This document shows, in pieces, positions 15,037-24,491 of a stretch of DNA of 64,000 nt; position 1 is the first letter of the stretch, and each line of letters begins with the position of its first letter. The translations under genes were made by a program, and so were the position numbers. The stretch lies in NCBI RefSeq assembly GCF_003334305.1, contig NZ_QOWS01000008.1. One strand, written 5' to 3'. The stretch is from Escherichia coli (GTDB taxonomy: Bacteria; Pseudomonadota; Gammaproteobacteria; Enterobacterales; Enterobacteriaceae). Under the pieces are notes generated by a model, which saw only the letters and a list, made by a program, of their open reading frames with translations, made no database searches and was not told the origin of the DNA.

Positions 15037-15732
15037 TTAAACCGGCGGCAGATCGAACAGTAACACTTCGCTGTCGCTATCCGCATGGATGGAGATTGCC
15101 TGCTCATCCCAGATTGCCAGACCATCGCTGGTCGAGGCTTTCACGCCGTTAATGGTGACATTGCCTTTCACCACCTGGATCCAGACGCGGCGTTCAGCGG
15201 CAATCTGATGCACCGACTGCTCATCTTTCAGCAACGCCCAACGATACAGTTCCATATCCTGATGCACTTTCAGCGAACCATCTCGCGCATCCGGCGAGAG
15301 CACCAGCTGTTTGCCCTGCACGGCATCGAAGCGACGCTGTTCATAACGCGGCGTAATGCCATTTTCTTCAGGCATGATCCAGATCTGATACAGATGCAGA
15401 CGCTCGGTGCTGTTTGGGTTGTACTCTGAGTGACGAATACCCGTACCCGCACTCATAATCTGGAACTCACCCGCCGGAACCTGCTCTTTATTGCCCATGC
15501 TGTCCTGATGCTCAACAGTACCTTCCAGCACGTAGGTCAAAATTTCCATATCTTTATGCGGGTGAGTGCCGAAGCCCTGTCCTGCTTCAATCACGTCGTC
15601 GTTAATCACGCGCAGCGCGGAGAAGCCCATAAAGTTCGGATCGTAATAGTTGGCAAAAGAGAAAGTATGCCAGGAGTCCAGCCAGCCATGATTTGCATGA
15701 CCACGTTCATTTGCTTTGCGTAAGTAGATCAT
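15037..15732 (-). CDS. yhhW: pirin-like quercetin 2,3-dioxygenase
   Basis: 231-aa cupin ORF MIYLRKANERGHANHGWLDSWHTFSFANYYDP; His-rich metal site HPH..H. Confidence 0.93.
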   Translation of the reverse strand: MIYLRKANERGHANHGWLDSWHTFSFANYYDPNFMGFSALRVINDDVIEAGQGFGTHPHKDMEILTYVLEGTVEHQDSMGNKEQVPAGEFQIMSAGTGIRHSEYNPNSTERLHLYQIWIMPEENGITPRYEQRRFDAVQGKQLVLSPDARDGSLKVHQDMELYRWALLKDEQSVHQIAAERRVWIQVVKGNVTINGVKASTSDGLAIWDEQAISIHADSDSEVLLFDLPPV

Positions 15733-15854
15733 TTGTATTCGCCCCCTGAATGATTTCGATGGGCTTAGTGTGGACCCGATCTGCCTGGGATGATAGAGGG
15801 TGAAAATTGACCCCTCTGTTCAAAAAAATTGAACTATTCGAGGGGCCATCAAAC

Positions 15855-16892
15855 TTACTTAGCGAGAGTTACTGTGGAGGGAGAGGCTTGCTCAAATCCG
15901 CGTTCAAGGATTTCCAGATTGGTAAGAACTTCAGATTCCTTGACGTAATTTGGCGCACCGTGGGTGATGGTTTGATACAACGCATCATAAACGCGCCCGT
16001 AATCGCCCATCTCCGGCTTCATCTCTTCTCTGACCGTCACGCCCTCGTCATTGACATACTCCAGCACACCGACCGAATCATCCGCTGCGAATCCCGGTTC
16101 GCCCGGCATAATATTAGCCTTCAGGCTGGTTTCCTGCTGGTCGATACCGTATTTAATAAACGAACCTTTCTTACCGTGAACGATAAATTTCGGATAATCG
16201 ATTTTCACCAGATGGCTGGTTTTGACGATGGCTTTCAGGTCGCCATAAAACAGTTGCGCTTCAAAGGTGTCGTCAGGATTGGCTTTATTACGCAGGCTGC
16301 GGATGTCATAAGCGACGTGATCCGGGCGACCGAACAGAGAAATAATCTGGTCCATCGTATGCACACCAAGGCCATAAAACGCGCCATCCTGCGGCAGCCC
16401 AGGTTTGGTTTCTGCCACCGGGCGGTAATAGTCAAAATGGCTTTCCACTTCAACAATCTCTCCCAACTTGCCACTTTCAATCGCTTTTTTCGCTGTCAGG
16501 AAGCAGGAGTCAAAGCGACGATTCTGATACGGCGTGACGGTCAGCCCTTTGCTTTTCGCCAACGCAAACAGCTCCTTCGCCTGGGCAAGCGTCGGGGTGA
16601 ACGGTTTTTCGACCAGCACATTTTTCCCGGCTTCCAGCGCGCGTTTCGCGTACTCGAAATGGCTGTCCGCGTGGGTGCAGACAACAACCAGCTTAACATC
16701 GGGATCGTTTAGTACTTCGTCGAGATCGCTGGTGAAATGGATATGGGAATAAATGGGAGCCTGTTCTTCCGGCTTCGCATGGCGACGAAAAATATGCGCG
16801 ACATGCCAGCTATCCTTGCGGTTAAGTACATACGGCAGATGGTAACGGGTGGTGCTTTTGCCGAAGCCAATAAAGGCGCAGTTGATGACCAT
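15855..16892 (-). CDS. yhhX: Gfo/Idh/MocA-family NAD(P)-dependent oxidoreductase
   Basis: 345-aa ORF MVINCAFIGFGKSTTRYHLPYV with N-terminal Rossmann motif; matches E. coli YhhX. Confidence 0.92.
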   Translation of the reverse strand: MVINCAFIGFGKSTTRYHLPYVLNRKDSWHVAHIFRRHAKPEEQAPIYSHIHFTSDLDEVLNDPDVKLVVVCTHADSHFEYAKRALEAGKNVLVEKPFTPTLAQAKELFALAKSKGLTVTPYQNRRFDSCFLTAKKAIESGKLGEIVEVESHFDYYRPVAETKPGLPQDGAFYGLGVHTMDQIISLFGRPDHVAYDIRSLRNKANPDDTFEAQLFYGDLKAIVKTSHLVKIDYPKFIVHGKKGSFIKYGIDQQETSLKANIMPGEPGFAADDSVGVLEYVNDEGVTVREEMKPEMGDYGRVYDALYQTITHGAPNYVKESEVLTNLEILERGFEQASPSTVTLAK

Positions 16893-17010
16893 GATTTCGT
16901 CCTTTTTAAGGTGGTTATTTACACCTTAGCGCAAAGCGGACGTGGTTCCTACTGGAGTGCGCATAACGAACACAAGCACTCCCGTGGATAAATTGAGAAC
17001 GAAAGATCAA

Positions 17011-17103
17011 AAAAAAAGCCAGCACCCGGCTGGCTAAGTAATACTGGAAGCAATGTGAGCAATGTCGTGCTTTCAGGTTCTCCGCGAGGGTCTTCCTGAT
17101 CGC
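17011..17103 (-). ncRNA. ryhB: RyhB iron-starvation small RNA
   Basis: Reverse complement of 17103..17011 reads GCGATCAGGAAGACCCTCGCGGAGAACCTGAAAGCACGACATTGCTCACATTGCTTCCAGTATTACTTAGCCAGCCGGGTGCTGGCTTTTTTTT, the RyhB sequence with its terminator hairpin and U-tract; located between yhhX and yhhY as in K-12. Confidence 0.93.
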
Positions 17104-17105
17104 GA

Positions 17106-17132
17106 GACAATAATAATCATTCTCATTCGCAC
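17106..17132 (-). promoter_or_regulatory. Fur box overlapping the ryhB promoter
   Basis: Minus strand reads GAATGAGAATGATTATTATTGTCTC immediately upstream of the RyhB 5' end; resembles the GATAATGATAATCATTATC Fur consensus. Confidence 0.7.
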
Positions 17133-17224
17133 TTGTCCAACACTTTTTGCAAAAAAATGCATTTGACTCGCATTTGAAAGTCAATGATGTTGAAAGGGAC
17201 ATTTACCCCAAAGAGGACAAAGGA

Positions 17225-17713
17225 ATGAGTGAGATAGTAATACGCCACGCAGAAACACGGGATTACGAGGCCATCAGGCAGATTCACGCCCAGCCGGAGG
17301 TGTATTGCAACACACTACAGGTGCCTCATCCTTCCGATCATATGTGGCAGGAGCGACTCGCCGATCGTCCCGGCATCAAGCAACTCGTCGCCTGTATTGA
17401 TGGAGACGTCGTGGGCCATCTCACCATTGACGTGCAACAGCGCCCACGCCGCAGTCATGTTGCCGATTTTGGTATCTGTGTCGACTCTCGTTGGAAGAAC
17501 CGCGGCGTCGCCAGCGCCCTGATGCGAGAGATGATTGAAATGTGCGACAACTGGTTGCGGGTAGATCGCATTGAACTAACCGTGTTTGTCGATAACGCCC
17601 CGGCAATTAAGGTCTATAAAAAATACGGCTTTGAAATTGAAGGGACTGGTAAGAAGTACGCATTGCGTAATGGTGAATATGTCGATGCATATTATATGGC
17701 GCGGGTGAAGTAA
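17225..17713 (+). CDS. yhhY: GNAT-family N-acetyltransferase
   Basis: Recognised protein begins MSEIVIRHAETRDYEAIRQIHAQPEV at internal ATG 17225 (162 aa) preceded by AAGAGGACAAAGGA; ORF track start 17147 lies inside the ryhB promoter region. Confidence 0.9.
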   Translation: MSEIVIRHAETRDYEAIRQIHAQPEVYCNTLQVPHPSDHMWQERLADRPGIKQLVACIDGDVVGHLTIDVQQRPRRSHVADFGICVDSRWKNRGVASALMREMIEMCDNWLRVDRIELTVFVDNAPAIKVYKKYGFEIEGTGKKYALRNGEYVDAYYMARVK

Positions 17714-17949
17714 GATAGTGCCCTTTTTCTGAGATGGAAAAAGGGTGTCATTCAAAATCGACATACCTTCCTTTAAGGTATTTATTTGCCCAATACATAT
17801 ATTGAGATTTAACTCATAATTACTTCCTAAAGTGTAATATTTTATTTTTTAATATATACGCCTACAATTTCCTGGAGTAAATAAATAACAATTAACAAGC
17901 ATAATATTGCCATTGATAAAATAGCATGCCATAAAAGGACTTTTCAGGG

Positions 17950-19128
17950 ATGAGTAATATTGTTTACCTGACAGTAACGGGAGAACAACAAGGAAGCATC
18001 TCCGCAGGTTGTGGGACTTCTGAGTCTACAGGTAATCGTTGGCAGAGCGGGCATGAGGATGAAATATTTACATTCTCACTCTTAAATAATATTAATAATA
18101 CGGGGCTTGGTTCACAGTTCCATGGTATAACATTTTGTAAATTAATTGATAAAAGCACTCCATTATTTATTAATTCCATTAACAATAATGAACAATTATT
18201 TATGGGATTTGACTTCTATCGAATAAATAGATTTGGTAGATGGGAAAAGTATTATTATATACAACTAAAAGGCGCTTTTTTATCGGCTATTCATCATCAG
18301 ATCATTCAAAATCAACTGGATACAGAAACAATAACTGTTAGTTATGAATTTATCCTCTGTCAACATCTTATCGCAAATACCGAGTTCAGCTATTTGGCAC
18401 TCCCTGAAAATTATAACCGTTTGTTTTTACCAAATTCAAAAAACCAAACAAATAATCGTTTCAAAACGTTAAACAGCAAAGCTATTGGCAGGCTACTTGC
18501 TGCTGGTGGCGTATACAATGGGAACATTGAAGGATTCAGAGATACTGCGGAAAAACTGGGTGGAGATGCAATAAAAGGCTATGATCAAATACTAAATGAA
18601 AAAACAGCGGGCATAGCGATAGCAACAGCATCTATTCTTTTAACAAAGCGTTCTAATGTTGATACATATACAGAAATAAATAGTTACTTAGGCAAACTTA
18701 GAGGTCAACAAAAACTTCTTGATGGTATAGACATAATAGAAATAATATACATTAAGAGACCTTCAAAAGACTTAGCTAACTTACGAAAGGAGTTTAATAA
18801 AACTGTAAGAAAAAATTTTCTTATCAAACTTGCAAAAACCTCCGAAGCATCTGGAAGATTCAACGCCGAAGACCTTTTAAGAATGAGAAAGGGCAATGTT
18901 CCTCTAAATTATAATGTTCACCATAAACTATCTCTAGATGATGGTGGTACTAATGATTTCGAAAATTTAGTATTAATCGAAAACGAACCATATCATAAAG
19001 TTTTTACTAACATGCAATCACGAATAGCTAAGGGAATATTAGTAGGTGAAAGCAAAATCACTCCCTGGGCCATTCCATCTGGCTCAATTTATCCTCCCAT
19101 GAAAAATATTATGGACCACACAAAATGA
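17950..19128 (+). CDS. yhhZ: Hcp-family protein fused to C-terminal HNH (colicin-DNase-like) nuclease domain; orphan polymorphic toxin
   Basis: 392-aa ORF in AT-rich DNA; N-terminal approx 150 aa Hcp-like; C-terminus NYNVHHKLSLDDGGTNDFENLVLIENEPYHK fits the HH..N..H HNH signature. Confidence 0.85.
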   Translation: MSNIVYLTVTGEQQGSISAGCGTSESTGNRWQSGHEDEIFTFSLLNNINNTGLGSQFHGITFCKLIDKSTPLFINSINNNEQLFMGFDFYRINRFGRWEKYYYIQLKGAFLSAIHHQIIQNQLDTETITVSYEFILCQHLIANTEFSYLALPENYNRLFLPNSKNQTNNRFKTLNSKAIGRLLAAGGVYNGNIEGFRDTAEKLGGDAIKGYDQILNEKTAGIAIATASILLTKRSNVDTYTEINSYLGKLRGQQKLLDGIDIIEIIYIKRPSKDLANLRKEFNKTVRKNFLIKLAKTSEASGRFNAEDLLRMRKGNVPLNYNVHHKLSLDDGGTNDFENLVLIENEPYHKVFTNMQSRIAKGILVGESKITPWAIPSGSIYPPMKNIMDHTK

Positions 19129-19619
19129 TGACTAAAACCCAAATAAATAAATTAATAAAAATGATGAATGATTTAGACTATCCATTTGAAGCACCGCTCA
19201 AGGAATCATTTATTGAAAGTATAATCCAAATAGAATTTAATTCTAATTCAACTAATTGCCTGGAGAAGTTATGTAATGAAGTTAGTATTCTTTTTAAGAA
19301 TCAACCTGATTATCTTACTTTTTTAAGAGCAATGGATGGATTCGAAGTTAATGGATTACGATTATTTAGCCTCTCGATTCCAGAACCTTCAGTTAAAAAC
19401 CTTTTTGCCGTAAATGAATTTTATAGAAATAATGATGATTTCATAAACCCTGATCTACAAGAACGGTTAGTGATCGGGGATGATAGCATTTCAATATTTA
19501 CTTATGACATTAAAAGTAACTTTTTTGAAATTAGAGATAATATTGGCACAGAAAATATATTCAGTTCGTTTAGTGATTTCTCTTCATTCTTAAACGAAAT
19601 CATGGACAGTTGTTCATAA
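19125..19619 (+). CDS. yrhA: putative cognate immunity protein of the Hcp-HNH toxin
   Basis: 164-aa acidic ORF whose ATG overlaps the yhhZ stop (ATGA); same AT-rich composition; position corresponds to yrhA, which in K-12 is disrupted by IS1 (no IS1 here). Confidence 0.6.
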   Translation: MMTKTQINKLIKMMNDLDYPFEAPLKESFIESIIQIEFNSNSTNCLEKLCNEVSILFKNQPDYLTFLRAMDGFEVNGLRLFSLSIPEPSVKNLFAVNEFYRNNDDFINPDLQERLVIGDDSISIFTYDIKSNFFEIRDNIGTENIFSSFSDFSSFLNEIMDSCS

Positions 19620-19713
19620 TAATCAAAAGGAAACAAAAATCATTGTAAACCATGCCATCTTTTTAGAGATTACCAGCAGAAAATTCCTTGTTCGAAATTT
19701 AGCAGTGCAAGCT

Positions 19714-19869
19714 ATGGAAAAACTTACAACGGAACTACACTCCTTAAGTGAGATGGACCGAAGACATGTAGTCTCTATTTTAGCCGAAATAGCTAATGGC
19801 TATGATGATTTTAATGACATGTTGATTTATTTAGAATTTTACCCGAATCATAAGATTCTGATATCTTAA
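19714..19869 (+). CDS. small ORF (51 aa) in degenerate tail of the toxin islet
   Basis: ATG..TAA reading MEKLTTELHSLSEMDRRHVVSILAEIANGYDDFNDMLIYLEFYPNHKILIS; below ORF-track cutoff; possibly the small gene annotated yrhD in K-12, not verified. Confidence 0.3.
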   Translation: MEKLTTELHSLSEMDRRHVVSILAEIANGYDDFNDMLIYLEFYPNHKILIS

Positions 19870-20068
19870 ATAAGAAAATCCCGTTCGACGTTCTGAAAAA
19901 GAAATCATAAAATATTAGCAGATACTTATTTCGTGACTATATCTTATCCGATGAACTTTTTTCAAAACCAGCATTTAATAATATCTTTGACGAAGATGAA
20001 CGCGTCTTTGCTCAATGTATCACACAGGAATAATAATATAACACTCAACAATAATATTTATTATAATT

Positions 20069-20353
20069 ATGATTACTTATCACGACGCATTCGCGAAAGC
20101 GAACCATTACCTTGATGATGCAGATCTCCCGGTCGTCATTACTCTACATGGACGCTTTAGCCAGGGCTGGTATTTCTGTTTCGAAGCACGAGAATTTCTC
20201 GAAACTGGAGATGAGGCCGCGCGCTTAGCTGGTAACGCACCTTTTATTATTGATAAAGACAGTGGTGAAATTCATTCTCTGGGAACGGCAAAGCCGCTGG
20301 AAGAATATCTACAGGATTACGAAATAAAAAAGGCTACCTTCGGCTTGCCCTGA
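20069..20353 (+). CDS. yrhB: small heat-stable chaperone-like protein
   Basis: 94-aa ORF MITYHDAFAKANHYLDDADLPVVITLHGRFSQGWYFCFEAREFLETGDEAARLAGNAPFIIDKDSGEIHSLGTAKPLEEYLQDYEIKKATFGLP recognised as YrhB. Confidence 0.88.
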   Translation: MITYHDAFAKANHYLDDADLPVVITLHGRFSQGWYFCFEAREFLETGDEAARLAGNAPFIIDKDSGEIHSLGTAKPLEEYLQDYEIKKATFGLP

Positions 20354-20360
20354 CAAAATA

Positions 20361-20382
20361 GCCCTCTTCCCACGAAGAGGGC
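20361..20382. terminator. bidirectional hairpin between convergent yrhB and ggt
   Basis: GCCCTCTTC-CCAC-GAAGAGGGC perfect 9-bp stem between the two stop codons. Confidence 0.55.
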
Positions 20383-20390
20383 CGCTAACC

Positions 20391-22133
20391 TTAGTACCCC
20401 GCCGTTAAATCATCCACCGAGCGCGGGTCGGATGCGCCGTACAACTCACCGTCCGGCCCAACCATAATGCTTTGTGTACTGCCCATCGCCTCTTTCAGCG
20501 CCACTTTCTGACCTTTTGCTTCCAGCAGCTTGAGCGTATCCGGGCTAAACCCTTTTTCGACACGCAGCTCGTCCGGCAACCACTGATGGTGGAAACGCGG
20601 CGCATTGGTCGCTTCGGCGACGTTCATGCCATAATCGATGCTATTCACCACCATTTGCAGCACTGTAGTGATGATCCGGCTACCGCCTGGGCTACCGGTA
20701 ACCAGCCAGGTTTTACCGTCTTTCACCACAATGGTCGGCGACATCGACGACAGCGGGCGTTTGTTCGGCCCGACGGCGTTGGCATCACCGCCCACCAGCC
20801 CGTAAACGTTCGGTACGCCCGGTTTGGCGGAGAAATCATCCATCTGGTTATTAAGCAGAATACCGCTCTCGCCCGCGACAATGCCCGTACCGAAGGTGGT
20901 GTTCAGCGTATAGGTCACCGCCACCGCGTTACCATCTTTATCCACCACTGAGTAATGGGTAGTTTGATTACTCTCATAAGGCGCAAGCTTGCCGGGGCGA
21001 ATTTCGCTGGATGGCTTCGCTTTATTGATATCAATTTGATCGGCAATAGATTTGGCATAGGCTTTATTGGTCAGCGCCTGCCACGGTACTTTGACAAAAT
21101 CCGGGTCGCCAAGATATTCCGAGCGGTCGGCGTAGGCGTATTTCTCCGCTTCTGCCATGATTTGCATCGCATCGGCGCTGCCAAAGCCGTATTTCTTCAT
21201 ATCGAAGTTTTCCAGAATATTGAGGATTTGTACGATATGGATCCCGCCGGAGGATGGCGGTGGCATGGAGTAAACCTGATACCCGCGATAATCGCCGCTT
21301 ATCGGAGTGCGTTCGACCGCTTTATAGGCTGCTAAATCTTCTTTAGTGATCAAGCCACCGTTTTTCTGCATCTCCTGGGCGATCTGTTCCGCAATCGTGC
21401 CTTTATAGAATTCGTCCGGGCCGTTTTCAGCAATCATCTCCAGGCTCTTTGCCAGGTTCGCCTGCACCAGCGTGTCGCCCTTTTTCAGCGGCTCGCCCTC
21501 TTTCCAGAAGATAGCTTTACTGTTTTCGTGATTCGGCAACACTTCGCTACCGTAGGTTTTGAGATCGTCAGCCAGCGCGTCGTTAACGATAAAACCATCG
21601 CGTGCCAGTTTAAACGCGGGCTGCACGACTTTGTTCAGCGGCATGGTGCCGTATTTATCCAGCGCCAGCGAGAAACCTGCTACCGTACCCGGTGTGCCGG
21701 AAGCCAGATGCGAAGTGAGTGATTTTTTGCTGTCCGGGTTGCCCTGATCATCGAGGAACATATCGCGGGTCGCTTTGGCGGGTGCCATTTCGCGGAAATC
21801 GATAGCCGTGGTATTGCCATTTTTCGAGCGGATTAACATAAAACCACCACCGCCCAGATTCCCTGCCTGCGGATGCGTTACCGCCAGCGCGTAGCCCACC
21901 GCCACGGCGGCATCAACGGCATTCCCGCCCTCCTTGAGAATATCCACCCCCACCTGAGTGGCAGTGGCGTCCACAGACGCTACCATTCCCTGTTTCGCGC
22001 GTACCGGGTGGAAGACATCTTCCTCCACACCATACGAGACGGGCGGCGCAGGAGGCGCGGCGGCGGCGCTAAAACAACTTCCTGAGAGCAGAGCAGCAAT
22101 GGCCACCCGGCGTAAAAACGTCGGTTTTATCAT
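20391..22133 (-). CDS. ggt: gamma-glutamyltranspeptidase
   Basis: Recognised protein starts MIKPTFLRRVAIAALLSGSCFSAAAAPPAPP (signal peptide) at internal ATG 22133 (580 aa); ORF track extends to 22160. Confidence 0.94.
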   Translation of the reverse strand: MIKPTFLRRVAIAALLSGSCFSAAAAPPAPPVSYGVEEDVFHPVRAKQGMVASVDATATQVGVDILKEGGNAVDAAVAVGYALAVTHPQAGNLGGGGFMLIRSKNGNTTAIDFREMAPAKATRDMFLDDQGNPDSKKSLTSHLASGTPGTVAGFSLALDKYGTMPLNKVVQPAFKLARDGFIVNDALADDLKTYGSEVLPNHENSKAIFWKEGEPLKKGDTLVQANLAKSLEMIAENGPDEFYKGTIAEQIAQEMQKNGGLITKEDLAAYKAVERTPISGDYRGYQVYSMPPPSSGGIHIVQILNILENFDMKKYGFGSADAMQIMAEAEKYAYADRSEYLGDPDFVKVPWQALTNKAYAKSIADQIDINKAKPSSEIRPGKLAPYESNQTTHYSVVDKDGNAVAVTYTLNTTFGTGIVAGESGILLNNQMDDFSAKPGVPNVYGLVGGDANAVGPNKRPLSSMSPTIVVKDGKTWLVTGSPGGSRIITTVLQMVVNSIDYGMNVAEATNAPRFHHQWLPDELRVEKGFSPDTLKLLEAKGQKVALKEAMGSTQSIMVGPDGELYGASDPRSVDDLTAGY

Positions 22134-22252
22134 CGTTATTCTCCAGAGATTAAGGGGCAACCCCAGCTAAGCCTGGTATATAACTCTGAATTAATCATCG
22201 TTTTGTCGGGAAGCGAGTAAACTTAAAGGATATCTTCAGAGGAGGATACGCG

Positions 22253-22693
22253 ATGAAACGACTTCTGATTCTTACGGCACTCCTGCCGTTTGTCGGCTTT
22301 GCACAGCCCATTAATACTCTGAACAACCCTAACCAGCCGGGGTATCAGATACCCAGCCAGCAGCGGATGCAAACCCAGATGCAGACTCAGCAAATCCAGC
22401 AAAAAGGGATGCTGAATCAGCAACTGAAAACGCAAACTCAGTTGCAACAGCAGCATTTAGAAAACCAGATAAACAATAATTCTCAGCGGGTGTTGCAGTC
22501 ACAGCCGGGGGAGCGAAATCCCGCCCGGCAGCAAATGCTGCCCAACACCAACGGCGGGATGTTAAACAGCAACCGTAATCCGGATAGTTCGTTGAATCAG
22601 CAGCATATGCTGCCGGAGAGGAGAAACGGCGACATGCTGAATCAGCCCAGCACGCCGCAGCCTGACATTCCGTTGAAAACTATTGGGCCGTAA
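22253..22693 (+). CDS. yhhA: Gln/Asn-rich secreted protein (DUF2756)
   Basis: 146-aa ORF with signal peptide [17 protein letters not shown] followed by Q/N-rich low-complexity sequence. Confidence 0.88.
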
Positions 22694-23423
22694 AGTTCGG
22701 ACCAATCACGTCAATCGCATCGGTACAGATGCAATCCACGCCCCAGCGCAGCAACTCTGCCGCGCGCTGGGGTTTATTGACGGTATAAACCAGAATCCGC
22801 AGTCCGGCGTCTTTCAACTGCATCACTCGCACTTTATCGAGTAACTTATGATTGAGATGAATAGAGACGCAGCCCAGCCGCGCGGTCAGTTCGCGCCAGT
22901 CGTCGCGCCACTCATCAAGCAATAAACCACGCGGCAGTTCCGGTGCCGCCAGCTGTGCAGCTTCTAAAGCATCAATCTCAAACGATGACAGCAGCGGCGG
23001 CGTCATACCGGCCCACAGTTGGCGTGCCGCCAGCGCCACCATTTTGCCCGTTAATGGTCCAGTGCCAGTGGTGGGTTTGATTTCGATATTCGCCATCATC
23101 CCGTGTTCGCGACAGCGTTCCGCCACCTGCGAAAGCAACGGCAGCGGCTCACCTTTAAACGCTTTGCTGTACCAACTGCCCGCATCCACGCGCAGTAAAT
23201 CCTGCCAGTTCAGTTCACCCGCGACGCCCCAGCCGTTGCTGGTGCGTTCGAGATTGTCGTCATGGAGCAGGAAGATCTCGCCATCTTTCGATAACTTCGC
23301 GTCAAATTCGATCATTTTATGACCGTATTTTGCCCCGACGTCGATTGCCGCCAGGGTGTTTTCCGGGGCCAGCTTACCGCCGCCACGATGAGCGACGATG
23401 CGGGGATAAGGCCAGTTACTCAT
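22680..23423 (-). CDS. ugpQ: glycerophosphodiester phosphodiesterase (cytoplasmic)
   Basis: 247-aa [33 protein letters not shown] with GDPD motifs; last gene of ugp operon; 3' end overlaps yhhA 3' end convergently. Confidence 0.94.
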
Positions 23424-24490
23424 ACTCGTTGTCCTGTTTCACCATCAAAAAGATGCAGCTGATTTTCCGCCAGATGCAGCCACAGCGTGCTGCCTGCCGT
23501 CGGGCGCTCCTGATGCGCCAGTCGCACCACCAGCTTCTGCTCGCCCCAGCGTCCGTGCGCCAGGTTATCTGCGCCGAGGATCTCCAGCGTGTCCATCACC
23601 AGCGGTACGCCGCCTTCTGCCTGCGAGCTTAGCGCAATATGTTCCGGGCGAATGCCGAGAGTCATTTTACGCCCGGCATACTGACGGTAGCCACCGTTTA
23701 GCGGCAGCTCAATACCGCCGTCCAGTTCGAAATGCGTGCCTTCGTTATTCACGCGGCCTGTCAGCAGGTTCATCGCCGGACTGCCGATAAAACTCGCTAC
23801 AAACAGGCTGGCGGGCTTTTCGTAGACTTCAACTGGTGTGCCAATCTGTTCGGCAACGCCGCCGTTCATCACCATTACTCGCTGGGCGAGCGTCATCGCT
23901 TCAACCTGATCGTGAGTAACGTAGAGTGAAGTCGTTTTCAGGCGACGGTGCAGCTGTTGCAGCTCAAGGCGCATCTGCACGCGCAGCTTGGCATCGAGGT
24001 TAGAGAGCGGCTCATCAAACAGGAACACCGCCGGATCACGCACAATCGCGCGACCCATCGCCACACGCTGACGCTGACCGCCGGATAGCTCGCGCGGGCG
24101 GCGCTTAAGCAGGCCATCCAGCTCCAGAATGCGCGCCGCTTCTTTAACGCGCTCGGCTATTTGCTGCTTGCCCATGCCGCGAATTTTCAGCCCCCACGCC
24201 ATGTTTTCTTCGACGCTCATATGCGGATAAAGCGCGTAGTTCTGGAACACCATCGCAATCCCGCGATCTTTCGGCTCCATTTCGGTCACGCGCTGGTCGT
24301 TGATCCAGATATCGCCTTCCGTCACCCGCTCCAGCCCGGCAACCATGCGCAGCAGCGTCGATTTTCCGCAGCCAGACGGCCCGACCATCACGATAAATTC
24401 GCCATCCGCCACATCAAGGGTCAGTGGTTTAATCACCTGGGTTTTGCCATCCCAGCTTTTGGTTACTGCCTGTAATTTCAGTCCTGCCAT
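23420..24490 (-). CDS. ugpC: sn-glycerol-3-phosphate ABC transporter ATP-binding protein
   Basis: Recognised protein starts [15 protein letters not shown] at ATG 24490 (356 aa); Walker [10 protein letters not shown], signature LSGGQRQR. Confidence 0.94.
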   Translation of the reverse strand: MAGLKLQAVTKSWDGKTQVIKPLTLDVADGEFIVMVGPSGCGKSTLLRMVAGLERVTEGDIWINDQRVTEMEPKDRGIAMVFQNYALYPHMSVEENMAWGLKIRGMGKQQIAERVKEAARILELDGLLKRRPRELSGGQRQRVAMGRAIVRDPAVFLFDEPLSNLDAKLRVQMRLELQQLHRRLKTTSLYVTHDQVEAMTLAQRVMVMNGGVAEQIGTPVEVYEKPASLFVASFIGSPAMNLLTGRVNNEGTHFELDGGIELPLNGGYRQYAGRKMTLGIRPEHIALSSQAEGGVPLVMDTLEILGADNLAHGRWGEQKLVVRLAHQERPTAGSTLWLHLAENQLHLFDGETGQRV

Positions 24491-24491
24491 C

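Noticed and set aside
15807-16712. 301-aa plus-strand ORF
   Set aside because: Antisense to yhhX (recognised oxidoreductase with Rossmann motif); no independent support.
16915-17202. 95-aa minus-strand ORF spanning the yhhX-yhhY spacer
   Set aside because: Overlaps the RyhB sRNA and its Fur-regulated promoter; the region is explained by the ncRNA.
17720-20360. Possible IS element or transposase in the AT-rich yhhZ islet (K-12 has IS1 in yrhA)
   Set aside because: No transposase-like ORF and no terminal inverted repeats seen; the immunity-like ORF is uninterrupted, so IS1 is absent in this strain.
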